NCBI GenBank assembly: GCA_036172245.1
Contig: JAYWIR010000003.1
Coordinates: 5,208,001 to 5,272,000 of the forward strand
DNA: 64,000 bases
Reading direction: 5' to 3'
DNA from: Raillietiella orientalis
Lineage: Eukaryota
Under the pieces are notes generated by a model that was given only the letters and a program-made list of their open reading frames with translations, searched no databases and had not been told where the DNA came from. The position numbers and the translations under genes were made by a program. This document shows positions 40,072 to 53,329 of the stretch, one piece after another; position 1 is the stretch's first letter, and each line of letters opens with the position of its first letter.

Positions 40072-41698
40072 TTATTTGGCGTTTTTTTGCCATGGAGGGC
40101 TGCAAGTATCCAAGATATCCAATAGTTCACTTTCTCCAAGTTGGAACTCGCTCTCCTTCCATATTTCACGAAGTTTGTTCATAGCCCAATTCATATTTTT
40201 GGGCCCTTTAATGCCTTTTTTCAACAGTGTGTGTCCACTGATGGGAAAACGGGGAACAGACCATGCTAATAATGCATCATTGAGGCCTACTTCTCCACGA
40301 CTGAGAAACAGCTGACATATTTGCAGACGATATTCTTCTTGCCTCTGTTTAAGGTCTACTAATCTTTCTTGGAAATACCTGGAGACGAAGCTGACGAACC
40401 TCTTATTCTTACTTAACACTTACCTCAGATTCAGAGGAGTTTTGTGCATATGAGAAACTAGAAAAAGTCCTAAATCTCTTTCAAAACAGGACATATGTAA
40501 TCGATTGTGCAGTTCCATCATCTAGTATGCTTGTGTTAAAATGACCACGCAGCAGGCCACCCAAATTCACCTCAGTGTCATTATGCAATAGAGTTGATAG
40601 CCAAGTAACAGGGTGCAGAAACTGCCCATGCTGCTTCTGATGATGACAAACGGAATCGAGATATTCTGTATCCACATTAAGAGGCAAGCCCATTGGAGGT
40701 CCTAAGCCAAGAGCAAGCATGGTCTTCAGTTGCTCTGCAGGAGAGTATCCTTGCAAAATGCGTTTCAATTCACTCCAAATGCGCTCTCCTGATATTTTGA
40801 AAAGTCCGTCTCTATTCCCTTTAATTGATTGTAGGATAATATCCGAATGAGGATGGGGATGGTCCCAAACAGTACCAAAGAACCGGAAATACCTCAAGAT
40901 ACGTAAATAATCTTCTTGGATGCGTTCATTCGGATCTCCTACAAATGTTATTATTTTGTTTTTTATATCTTGGAGTCCTCCAAAATAATCATAAACATTG
41001 CCATATTCATCTAGAAAAAAGCATCACAGAGTATGCTCCAGTCTGGATCCTTTACCTAGAAACATGGCATTGATAGTTAGATCTCGACGAGCTGCATCCA
41101 ACTCCCAGCTAAGCGTGAACTCAACCTCAGCATGCCGTCCATCTGTGAAGCGGTCAATTCTCAAAGTAGTCACCTTGGAGTGTTTGATCTTCATTTCATA
41201 CATTCATCTTACTTCGAAATTGGCACAGTCATTAATGCGAACAGTGATGGTGCCATGTCCTTCTCCTTTGGGATTGATCATTCGAATTGATTCCTTAGTA
41301 AACATTTCCTTCATTTGAGTTGGAGTGGTAGGTGTAGCAAAATCCAAATCTGTGGGCATTTTATCCATAAGTAGATCTCTGCAGCAAGTTTTCCAAACTG
41401 GTCAAACACATTTACATTACCTTACTGCTCCACCAGCAAAACGCAATTGGAAACCATGACTGTGAAAGACTTCAAATAATCTTTTCAGCTCTAATGAAAA
41501 AATATTTTGGAAAAGAGGTGTGGTCAACTTGATAACCTGAAGCTGAGCCATCATCCGTCTGCTTTTTTGATTTTCAAATGAATTTCTATATGTATGAACA
41601 AAACACCACAGTGGGCATATTTTTAAGCATGGTATTTCAGTCAACAGCACACCACAAGGAACATGCAAGAGCAGTGCAGAGCTCTTTGTCCAGCGCAT
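40072..41698 (-). CDS. TRNT1: CCA-adding tRNA nucleotidyltransferase, 6 exons, ~468 aa
   Basis: Exons 41698-41421, 41378-41213, 41173-41056, 41010-40571, 40521-40424, 40378-40072. Motifs [71 protein letters not shown]. Confidence 0.97.
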
Positions 41699-44584
41699 AG
41701 TTCCATTGCAAATAATTACTTTCAATCCCAAAATACTTGATTCGGTGAGCTACTAATGTTCCACATTAGTTCACATTTTGTAAATAAACATTTACGATTA
41801 TAACTACAATGTCACTTGTAACTCATTTGTCATTACTTTGAGCATATTTCTAAAAAAATTAAGTATGTATCCTCATAAAACGCTTACTTTTACACATGAT
41901 GTATAACTAATAAGCCAGCAATACAAAAGATATCCCCTAAGTTAATGTGTAAGGCATCAGAGCAGTCCCTAAAAACATGACACCAAAACCAGGCAAAATA
42001 TAAAACAAATGTTACCAAAGCATATTCTAATGTTCAGAGTACTTTCTGCTGTTGCAAAATTAATGCACATGTCAGGACAAAAAAGCATTTGCCCTAAGAT
42101 AGACCAAAGAAAATATTTGGGATTTAAGAAACCCCAGTTTCCAACCAGATGTTCGATCTAACCATTCCATGTGCGTTCAAAGAAAGTGGTATAGGTGGAC
42201 ACTTGGATTTAGCCAAGATAAGGTGATAATAATTCAGAACTCTGAACAAGTGTTTATGCTGTCTTCTATCAGAGATTTAAGGAATTCATGAAAACTGAAT
42301 GTTGCACATCAAAATGAACCACAGTCCAAAAACTTTTGCAAATGAAATTAATTTTAAATCTTGCAGACTCCAGTCTGCTCCATGCTCTTAGCAACAAAAA
42401 CAACAACCAAAGAAATGAACTTTTGTGAGACAAATTACTTATTTGCTGTGGTTATCACTTCACTGATAATGCTGCTGAAGACTAATTCTATACTTCAGTG
42501 AAGTATGCACAAAATTAATCCATGTATTCCACTAAGTAAATGAATTTGGATTTTTAGATTTCATTTTGGTTTTCTGTTTTTGTCAAAGATGATAAAAGCT
42601 TTTTTCAATGATGACTTAAGTAATCTCTTCATTTCAATCACATGACCTAAATTATGAAATACGTTTCAAAATTAAAGCTGAAACAATGTGAGCTCCTGGA
42701 AGAAACTTCATATAAAATTTTACACATTTTGAGACCATATATGATGAAGTAACTTGGAGAAAGTAATGTGCACCACTATCACAAAGTTGTTTTGGTTAAT
42801 AACCTTTGCTTTATTTGGTTGGTGCTGAAATTCAAAGTTCTAAACTTTGCTTCTGCAATATTTAATTTAGATTGACATCACTTGACAGTTGATAAAAAGT
42901 CCAATTTCGAAAAATATGAAAAATACATATGATGAATAGAAGAATAATATTATCTTTTTGAAGTCACAAGTAAACTTTAGTCACTTAATTTTCTCTTAAA
43001 ATCCCATGACTGTTGTTTGTTTAGCAGCTTAGGATATTAGATAAGTTTTATGAAGAAATCTTTGCTAAAAGTTAAAATAGCAGCATTGCTTTTCCTACTT
43101 ATCCCCTTTTTAATATTTAATAATTATTAAACTTTAAATTTAATTAGTCAAGTGAACGAAGCAAGGATTACAAGATTAGCAGGTAGATTTATTATCACTT
43201 TTTCTTAGCAGCTGCTAAGCATACAGCAATCAAATATCCGCATATAGATTTGTTTCAAATAATCCACTATTCGTACACATGAAACACGATTCACAAAACA
43301 AAAATGGCTTAACTTTTATCACATTTAGTGCCATTCTACAAATTGACTTTTCTGATTTGATTCTCAAGAAACGTAGCTTAATAAGAAGTAATATTTCCTT
43401 CTGTTTCCACAATTTTCGGGTCAACTTTAGAATCAGCAATAACATTAATTTTCACAATCTTTTAGTCTTTATAATGAATTGTGAAATTCGGTAATTCATT
43501 CTCCGGTATGATCTTTTCTTAGTTCACAACTAACATTTTAAATTTCTATGCAAAAGAAATTTGTTAAATTGACTCTGCAATCTTGGCATATACCCATAAA
43601 TATGAACATATACGTAAATCAATCGCCAGCCTTAAAGAGCCGTGTCCATTTCCTAGACTCTATGCAATCAAGGCCAAGAATCAAAGTACTACAACTACAA
43701 AATGCATGCATATAACATGACATACAAGAAATAAAAATCTGCCTTTTCGAATTTGGTAAGATGAATCAGCCGTATTTAAGCAACTTATCCTACATAAGAT
43801 GAAAAATCTCAGGGCAACTGCTGCTTTAAGGCAATCAACCTCAATAGTTTACAACTGCTTATGCTATTCAACACCATTGGAAATAACCACTGAGAAACTT
43901 AATTTAATAAACCATTGTAAGATTTCCAGATGTTACCTCATTCAATTATATAATGCAAGTCTCTCTGAAGGAATTATTCTTGTATTCTTTATTTAAAACC
44001 TTTTTGATGTCAACCCTGATATACTAAGAGCAAATCACGATGCATCACTTTCAACCTGTGGTGCACATGAACATAAGAAATGCTTACACTTGTAGCTTTT
44101 ACATGTCGAAGGAAAGTGTTACACAAACATGTATTACTTTTATAAATGTGTGATACTACTGGTAAAAGCAAACAAGTACCGACTGGTATGCAGCGTGGTT
44201 GTTACATAAGTCGCATTTTCAGAAACGCAATCACTCTAAGCCTTCGCTTGAAATAATTGCACGAAAGACTTCCTAACACTTCTTTTTATTGGGTTTTTGC
44301 AACCAGAGAACTCTACTATGAAGAATACAAAGCCACATCAATTCCACTTTTTTCTACTTTTCATAAATGGCACGACGAATTTAGCTGTAAGTAAAGTCAA
44401 GTAAGACCCGCAGTCTGCTTCCAAGGAGTAAAAGATTTTAAGTTTAGTGAGTTCCACGTTATGCTCCCACCATCATGAAAACTGGGTTAGCACATGCATC
44501 AACAGAGAACTCGGTAAGAACTCAGGACAATACTTGAAAGAAATCTACGTACCACCATAACAAGTTAAGGATTCAACATCCAAA

Positions 44585-44846
44585 TCAACCAGATATTAGC
44601 AACAGACAATTTCGATTCCCGAAAACTGGCATGCTTTTCCGTTTCGGGGGGAGCACGAGACTCGGAAGGCACGAATTACACGTCGAAGGGGAGACCTGGA
44701 AGGACGCGCACGGATGCTGCGGCCGCAAGCACGTGACTAGCCGGTTCCTGGCAGTCATCATCATCGCATCCTTGACCACAAGCTTGCAGAACGTGGAGCC
44801 CGATCTGACCTTTCCGCAAGCAGGCACTGGCCTCTGGCATTTCTCT
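44585..44846 (-). CDS. Isolated Cys-rich exon-like segment of unknown gene
   Basis: GC-rich island in AT-rich DNA, acceptor ctattccag|, open frame EKCQRPVPACGKVRSGSTFCKLVVKDAMMMTARNRLVTCLRPQHPCASFQVSPSTCNSC... with mostly G/C third positions. Confidence 0.4.
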
Positions 44847-47800
44847 CTGGAATAGGCGCTTCACGTTTGCCCACAATGCATTTGAATCTCAGCAGTGATC
44901 TCAGCCACCTCCAGAGACCACGGTGTGGAGTGAAATTACCCCCAAGGTGGATTTGGGCTCATTCCGATTTCTTTAGGGATTCCATGTGATCGTAAAAAGA
45001 ATGGTACAGCAGTCACCGAAAGATGTCAGACGTTTTGAGAGTGCGAAGGGGCAAAATAAATTCAATTGAGCAAACAATACGTACAGCGTATCAAAGTATG
45101 TCTCGCGAAAGATGCTGCATTTTCAAACGGTAAAATCTCGTTATCATTCAAAAGAAAAATTTGCAAACAAAATCACATGGACCAAAGCTGAGATTGCTAT
45201 TTAAGTAGACAGATTCTCCTAATTCAACTGACAAAAAGAAGAAGAAGAAAAAAAAAAACTGGATTCTGATTTCAACTTATTCTTTGCTGTGCTGCTTATC
45301 ACGCGCTTCGTTTTGCTCATGATATTTTTTCCTCAGACGAAAAAAGTCATAATAAGTTGACTTTCGACTTCACAAATTAGCATTATTAGTCCAACATACA
45401 CTTAACTGTGGACCGCATACATACATGTTATTTTGTCAGTACTTGAAAATGAACTCCTTCGGAATTGCACTTGGCACCCTTTGGAGTAAAATGCCTTCAA
45501 TTAACAGAGGAACTAAAATAATGTGCAATACACCATAAAAAAATTTCAGGGAAGAGTTTGGGAAAGTAAATGAATCTCTTTAAAGAGAATGGATTTTGAA
45601 TAACTTATAGAGTGAAAGCTCGTAGGAGCTTTCATTTGGAGGTCTCAACCGCAGATGCTATCATACAAGACAAACCCATTTGTTGGAGGAGGGCTAAAAT
45701 GTTGAGAAAAATCATAATAAGAATTACAGCATTTGAATGTATACTTTAAACAAAGAAAAACTACTATTGACGAATCCTGATCTAGATGAAGAATAAAAGA
45801 ATCGTAATTTATTCAATTCTGAAATGAAGAAACAAATAATGGTGTCAAAGATCCCTATGGAGATTTTTGTGCAAGACATGATGTCTTTGAAAAGTGTTCG
45901 GGATTATGATGTCAGCTGACATGTATAAACAGTATGAACGTGAAATACAAGCAAAAAACAACGAAACACATACATGAACCCTCCAAAGCTAATTTTGTTA
46001 GCTCAAACTTGCTGGCATTGGGAAGTGAGGAGAAAATGCTGAAATTTAAGTAACCTCTGAGTAAGAAGCCAATCTTTCTCATTTTCATTATCGATAATCA
46101 AACGATCGAGTACGTAAATCAAAAATTAAGGATGGGCCTGCAATACCTAGAACTGGGAACGAAAATGGGTAAAATTAGTACTTACTTAAGATGTATAGGA
46201 GGCAAGAAATCTTTTAATGAGCACAAAATAAAAAACATTCTGGACGCAATGAATGTATTATTCAAAGATTTAATTTTGAATAACATAATAATAACTATCA
46301 CAATGATGTCGTGTAGTAAGTACGAAAGGAATACCAGCAACAAGAATAATAGCATAGAAAAAAGGTCCAACTGTCCCATAGGAGCAATTTTCTGCTCCTT
46401 GTAAACTGCTTCGAAAGGTATACAAGCAAAGGAGGTCTCCATCATGCCTACAGTAATAATAAGCCATTAAAAAAAAAGAAACGATTTTCATGGAACACGA
46501 ACAGCATGATTTTACATGGATACCAGATCTGTGGCAACCATTCTCAATAAAATTAAAGCTCGATTCATATACATGGAATGTATCAAAGAAAACTCATTAC
46601 GATTCCTTATTTCTCAACTAAAAACAACTAAACATGGTTCCTGGAATAACTGAACCTATTTTCAGGATGAAATACTTAGCGGTGAGAGAAGAATTTTTGT
46701 AATGAAAAAAACGGGAAAGTGAAGAATCCCTGAACATGGCATGACATGGCTCACTTTTCGGTTGTGGATCTTTTGAATTCACATCAAATTGACATCTGCT
46801 GGAAAACGCGTAGAAAAGTTTCGAAAGTTTCCAGACTTATTAAAATTTTCGATGCCGTCTATTCAAATATCTAAATTTCAATGTTTTCATCACCGATCAC
46901 GAAACCATCAAAAATGTAAGCTGTAGTACCAATAACTAGTGACCAAAATTGGTAAAACTGGTACGTAAACAACGTACAGATAGCACATATGAAATTGTTT
47001 TTCCTTTTGTTTTTTTTAACATAAAATCGTTTTTTATTATAGAAATGCGTTTCATGTTTCCAGCTGGATATCTTACTTACAATTGATTATGTGGACGCTT
47101 TAGAATTCCATCAGTTTGTGATATTATGGAGTAAGCAATAACTAAGAATGACAATTGACATTGAAGAGACATGCATGGATAAAGGCACATATTCTAGATT
47201 GCCTGTGAAAGGTGCATTTTGGAATTATGCTCTCTATGGGTGAAGCCAGGTCACGACGATCAAACTATGAGGAAATTGCATCTGTCCTGCATCTAAATGA
47301 GGGTGCATGTAAATTATCGCGTGAAATTATGAACGGGCTCCTTACGGCTTTGAATATCAGATATTTATTCAAAAATATTTTACAAACAAAGGTTGCTTGA
47401 AAAAAAAAAAAAGAAATTGTACATTCATCCGTTTGAGCAAAAGGATGAAATAACAAATCTGGTCAAATCTGACACGGCTTATAATAGTACCTACGGCAGA
47501 CGAAATTATCTGTTGCGATTGGAGTACAGTAGCAGGTAGAACACAGAAAGATACGTGTGATCAGCTTAATCCTTCATAGACACACTTCATAATATCTCTA
47601 ACAAGTAGGATTAATTACTATTCGAAAACGAATTCAATCGTAGATGTGGGATTCATAAAGTAATATCACCAATTCCAGTTGTCAAAAAAACTGAGTTGGA
47701 TTTCTGAGCAACAGAACATGCTCCAAGGAGAATGGTGAAAAAAAATCAAAGATAAGTTTTAGAAGTTCGTTTCAAAGGAGAGTACTGATCACGCTGTGGA

Positions 47801-48380
47801 ACGAAGCCTTCTTGATTCTGAATCATTAACCCTTTTTATGCTTGAGCATCAAAAGCCTCCAGTTCATCAGAAGCTGATATTGTCATCTTTCAGTCAATTG
47901 AGTCCAAACTTTCCAAAGTTTCCATTAACAGCGGCGACAGCAAAAGGTCAAGCCATGCGAACCGCAAGGTCTCCGGAAGTTTCACTTTTCGGATTCTGAC
48001 TTTGAAAGATGATATCGGATTGAAACCCGTAGTACATGTTAATTCATTCTTCCATGGCGGTGGTCATCAAAGGTACATTAGCCAGTAGGCTCGTTACAAA
48101 AATCTGATGGTTCTGATTTTTAAATATATATTTGTCGCTAAAGTTTAATAAAAATCAAGAAAAAGAAAAAAAGGAACACATTCCTGCTGCTGAAACGGGG
48201 ATTTTCACAAAATCGGCAGTGTCTCCAATATCGTCTGCTCACGAATGCAATCTGACAGACTGGTTTTCATTTTGACTCGTGATTTTTGCAGCATTTCTTT
48301 AAGTGGTGGGAAAATGATGGTTAGAGTGGCGTTATACGGCTAAGCTTTAGCTGAAATTTCATAATGACTACACTGACAGG

Positions 48381-48773
48381 CTACACTGCAGTGCTTGCAT
48401 CAGTATGTCTTGTTCTATCTTGGACCTCAACTTCACGGTTTCTAATTTCCTTATTTTGATCCAAGAATTGTATAATGTAAGCGAACTGCCAGTACAAAGT
48501 TACCAATGATAAATTCCACAGAACGTGGCTCAAAAGAGATTCTGCAAGGAAATCGTGGATCCAGAATGCTGATATGGCTATCGCAGTGGTGAACCGAATG
48601 GTGAGGAAACAGACAATTCTGCTGGTGCCAGCCCACTTCCAATAACACCACGGGTCAAAAGCTGCCAGCCGATTAAAAGGTTTAAACCAGGACATGCATC
48701 TGAAGCCATGGATTCACATCCACTGCCATCAGTTGTGAACCTCGCCCTATTCGTGTATTGTGCCACTAGATAC
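48381..48773 (-). pseudogene. Divergent Per1/PGAP3-like (CREST superfamily) 3' exons, gene or pseudogene
   Basis: WCYWKW...AISAFWIHDF...SHVLWNLS...QFLDQ resembles the PGAP3 C-terminus (WCLWN...LLELLDF...AHAIWHIS...SFLEDD). A possible in-phase 41-nt GT-AG intron lies at 48700-48740. Upstream exons not found. Confidence 0.4.
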
Positions 48774-49169
48774 CTGCTAATTACCGTATGCAGTTGTCAC
48801 GATTAGGAAGACTAAGTGCCTTACAAATCACTAAAATTGAATACTATGAACACGAGGGCAAGCCTCTGGAGTTTTTCCAGATGCATTTAAACGCATGCAA
48901 TACATGAAGCAATATCTTACGGACGCCCAACAAAACTTACTGCTAAACCTCTTTGAGCTTCCCTTTGAGGTTAGTCACTTAATAGCCAAAGACGAGAAAC
49001 CACAAATCCTTCGGGAGACGCTTACCCTTTCTACAGCAGGTAACACGGCGGAGGCCGTTCACAAACAAGGGTACATCAACAAACCAAAAACTACTTGTTT
49101 TTACCTGCAATTACTGTTGAAAGGCAGTATACAAAGCATTGCCTAAAATTCGAATAATAATACAAGTAT

Positions 49170-49760
49170 ACTAGAATAAGTTTTGGGAAATCCGAAATTT
49201 GCCTTCCTGGATGGAAGCATCCATGTTCCTGATATGTTCCAGATTATCGCCTTTGTCGCATATCCTCTTCAATGAGTTCAACGAAAAATTGCTCTTTCTG
49301 CCACGAAAACGCTCGGGTGGCCCTCTTTTCTGATGATAGAAATCCTTTCTTTTCTGTCTTTGCAGTTCTTCGACACGGTTCCGCGCCACCCGTGGGTGGG
49401 TAATTCTTCAAGATAGGGGGGTTCCCCGGGAGGGGTCCGCCCTATGAATCCAGGAAGGACTCGGAGTCCGTTATTCCCCCGCCTGGGGAGGGATCCCCGG
49501 AAATGGAGATCATCTCCACCCTGGTTGTCTTCGAAGAGACCCCCGGAAGGGTCGACTCCAGTTTTTCTTCTCTGAAGGGAACCCGGAAAGGGTGCTTCCC
49601 AAATCCAGAAGGATGCTGCTCCCCCGAAGGGATCGGCTCGCTTCTCTGCACTCTCTGGAGAGGGGGTGGCAACACACCTACTCCATCAGTACGACTTGGA
49701 GGGCAAGTTTCTCGCCGACCGACCGGACGACGGGCTCACTCCTCTTGTTCAATGAGATAA
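49170..49760 (-). mobile_element. Fragment of the GC-rich gag-like repeat family
   Basis: Homologous to 16425-16780. FYHQKRGPPERF...LKRICDK loosely resembles retrotransposon gag. Confidence 0.4.
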
Positions 49761-49833
49761 AATACAACGGAGGTGACATGTTCTTTTAGTAAACGCCTAC
49801 TTTATTAACAATAGCATCCCATGGGAAGATTCG

Positions 49834-50324
49834 TTAACCCTTTGGGTGCGGAGCTCACCAGGTCGAAACGTTCCGTGCTGACGGCACGCGAGTCGCAGCT
49901 GCGATCCCCGCGGGCGGAACGCTTTTTCGCGTGCTCTATCAGAGGTGCCACCGATCGACTTTACAAAGTGCTGATCAAAGTTACTATTGTAATTGTGTAT
50001 TTACACCACATTGAATGAAATATTCGCATTTTTCCCAAGCATATTTTATTTATTTGAAAATTAGAATTCCAATAAAATCAATAACTCATTCACATTTTCA
50101 AGATATCACAAAGATGAAAAACAACATAATAAATTCCATACGACACTGAAAAAAAACGAGGGATCGTCAGTCGATATAAATAGAATTTTGTTTACTGTCG
50201 TTGCTAAGGGAAATTATAAGAGCGTAAGTGTGTGTGTCCATCTCAAACATGGTCAGTGTCAACGTGTGTCGCGAGTGCAAGGTAAAAGCATCCGCCAGAC
50301 TCATAGTGGCACCCGAAGGGTTAA
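49834..50324. mobile_element. piggyBac-type non-autonomous element (483 bp plus TTAA duplications)
   Basis: TTAA-CCCTTTGGGTGC at 49834 and GCACCCGAAGGG-TTAA ending at 50324. 12-bp terminal inverted repeats with one mismatch, CCC...GGG ends and TTAA on both sides. Confidence 0.7.
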
Positions 50325-50399
50325 GCATGAGCACCGGTGAGAAGCATCTTCAACTGCCAACGGAGAAATTTCGGAAGGACGTGACGAAGATACACCTAT

Positions 50400-51500
50400 G
50401 GTTCCCTCACTGCCTAATCCAAGGGTAAGAGACTGCAAAAAGGGAATGGGAGTCAGAAGTGTAAAGAGTGCTGCTGCTTTTCGGAAGCACTCTGAGTATA
50501 AGGGTTCTCAATTACACGAGAAACAAGACCTCGAAATTGCAGAATGTTTCCAATGCTTCGGAACGAAATGGGCACGAAATTTTCTCTACATCAAAGAGGT
50601 TTGTTGACTGTCTTGTGGCAAAGTGCTAAAAGGAAACCTCTAAAAGGAATAGCTAAATTGAAAGACAACTTGAGCAGTTTCCTATGGGAAGAAGAAGACG
50701 GCTACTCAAAATTCACAAACCTTTTCTGTAACGAAAAGTGGCTGCTGCTGGCTGAAAATGTTTGGTAGGCAGCAATCTGGCAAGCGTGTTTTTTTTTTTT
50801 TTTTTTTTTTTCAAAGAAGATCAACACACGACACTTTGTCTCCCCGGAGCATTGCACCGACGGCTTTCGAAAAAAAAAAAAAAAAAACCCACTCCGAGGC
50901 TGTTTGGAGGAGCTGCTCCGGTTAAGCAATTTGGTAACTGAATAGGGGATGTGCACCTCAGCCATAAGAGCATCCGAGGAATCTGGAAAGGGAGTTTTCT
51001 GTTCTCCCAAAAGAGGAATCCAAATGGGCGTTGAACCAATTTGCTGGGTATGTAAAAATGGATTATCCCATCACTGCCCGCGAGCAGTTGATTGATGTCA
51101 GGGGAGATGCAGATTCGCGCGCGAGGAGTTCCAACGGAAACCCACAGGCAGTTGGTGGATGGGGTTGAAAAATGGATATCCAGACTTGGTGGACTACAGG
51201 GAGAATTCGTAGGAACGACACGCTCCTTCCCTCTGAAAACACACACCTGCACGAGGTGTCATTTCCTGCAGTGACGTTGCCGTCAAAACCAAAGCTGGAA
51301 ATGAGCTGCAGCTGGGAGATGATTGCGTTGCTGCAGCATCCCAAACATCAAACCCAGAATTTGGGGCATCGGGAAGGAAGGCCAGCCAGCGAAACTGCAT
51401 CCATCGAACTGCCGCTTTTCCGTTTATCACATCCACGTCTCTATTTTCCATTCACTAGTGCACACTGAGATGATGTGCACACGTACTTCTTATTTGGCTC
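50400..51500 (+). mobile_element. Possible decayed DNA-transposase (Mutator-like) sequence
   Basis: Only faint ordered resemblances (e.g. LLQHPKHQTQN to LLxxCxxGxTQN), interrupted by homopolymer runs. Confidence 0.2.
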
Positions 51501-52072
51501 ACGTGAGAAGCTTCCATAAATGGGGACTAAGGGAGCCTGTTCCGAAAAAGATATGGCTTTCGACCCTGCGGAAATCCTTATAGTAGAAGTGTGATGCACG
51601 TATCGAAGAACATAGTGTGCAAGACATACATGTAGTGCTGCTGCTGTCGAATTTTCCTGGAACTAACACTTTTTTTCCTTCTTTTTTTTTACTTTTAGAG
51701 AAGTCACCGCCGGACGAGGCGGAGAAGGAGAAGGGCAGCCGCCTGAGAGCGCGCCCGGAGCGGCGGCACCGTGCGGCCCGGAGACAGTGGTGCCGACAAG
51801 GAGGAGGGACGGCTCCTTGGACTCTGTGGTCATGGACGGGAGGGCGTGCGGGTTGGGCGCCGTCTGATCCGAGCGAGGAGTACCATCAGAGTCTCCAGGA
51901 ACTCCCGTGGCGCGCACCCAGCACACGGATGGGCGCCCGACACGCTCGCGTCCACTGCTGGCCCTCCATCTGGCGATTCCCGCGTCGGGACAGCGGTCCA
52001 GACCTCTTGACGCTTGGGCGAATGAAGCTGCAGCTCCAGTTTTGAACACTCGACCTCGAACACTCACCTTGG

Positions 52073-52074
<2 letters not shown>

Positions 52075-52110
<36 letters not shown>
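52075..52110. repeat. Poly(T)36 tract
   Basis: Uninterrupted run of 36 T. Confidence 0.95.
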
Positions 52111-52114
<4 letters not shown>

Positions 52115-52799
52115 AAAACAAAAAAATTCGAGCACATGAGAACACACTGCATTCCATAAAGACTGCCGAAATATGGAAGGACTCTTGGTAGAAAATACGA
52201 TTTATTGAGAGCTGCCACAGACAGAAGGCGCTGCATTTTTACACCATTTTAATTGTTCCAGTCGTAGTCCTTTCAAGAGGATAAAAGATGTTTCAGAATG
52301 TCTCCTTACATATTGTCTGAGAGTGGTGGCGGCAATACATGCACGAATTCTTCTTTTCTTTTTTTATTTACGAATGGTACGTGCAGAGAGATGCAGAAGA
52401 TTCCGAAAAACATTCGGGAAAGCTGATGAGAAATTCCATTCCTCGCATGACTGGGCACGCAAAACCTTAGACATGAAACCTTAGACCTGAACAGCTTCTA
52501 TCTGCCCTTCCAAGAGTGAGACTGTTCCAAAAGAAGTGAGCTCGGAGGTGCGATGAGATGATCTAAATAAATTGAGCCTTCACAGATGGACCACACTGTG
52601 CAAGGAACGCATCCGCCAAACACGGGGCAAGGTCAGCACGTGTGTTCCAAGACACCAATGCAACCGAAATCCAACGGGAATCAAATCAGCCTCGAGTTGC
52701 CCCTCCAAAGTCGGTGCCCATCACAAGAATCCCCAACGCAGGAATGCCAAACCATCAAAATCCCGAAAGATATAAAAAAGAAACGTAGAGGCTTATTCT

Positions 52800-53270
52800 A
52801 CATGGATTAATACACAAATTCATTTTAATACACATAGTTATTCATATTCATTAACACATATATTAGTAGTAGTAATATTATTTGAACGTATGTATTTACG
52901 AACATTTATGGACGTACATTTTATTAATGCAATTAACAAGTTGTATGATTATATTACTGATATGTACGTGAATTATTAAAAATAAAGAAATGCGCTTATT
53001 ATATATATATTTTTATAAAGATTTAAATATGGATTAATATGTGTTACGAAGATTACAAAAAATGAATAGATGTGCTTATTATATGTATCAAGATATATAT
53101 AGACAATGTATAGAGAAATATGTATACATTTTATATACCTATATTGATACATATATTTATATATATGCAATCATGCATATTGATACACACACACACACAA
53201 CATATGTATATATAACAGTAAAGTGAGGTATAAAAATATATGTATACAAATACAAATATATATATTAATT
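52800..53270. repeat. AT-rich low-complexity (TA/CA microsatellite-like) tract
   Basis: Degenerate (TA)n, (CA)n and TATG units. Confidence 0.85.
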
Positions 53271-53329
53271 GCTGTTTTGTTTTCACAGTTAACACCTGCA
53301 ATTGTACAAATAGAAATTGTTCTTCCACT

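Noticed and set aside
47560..47570. atcagcttaat resembling part of U2 snRNA (Utopia target)
   Set aside because: Only 11 nt, no surrounding U2 sequence and not at an element junction.
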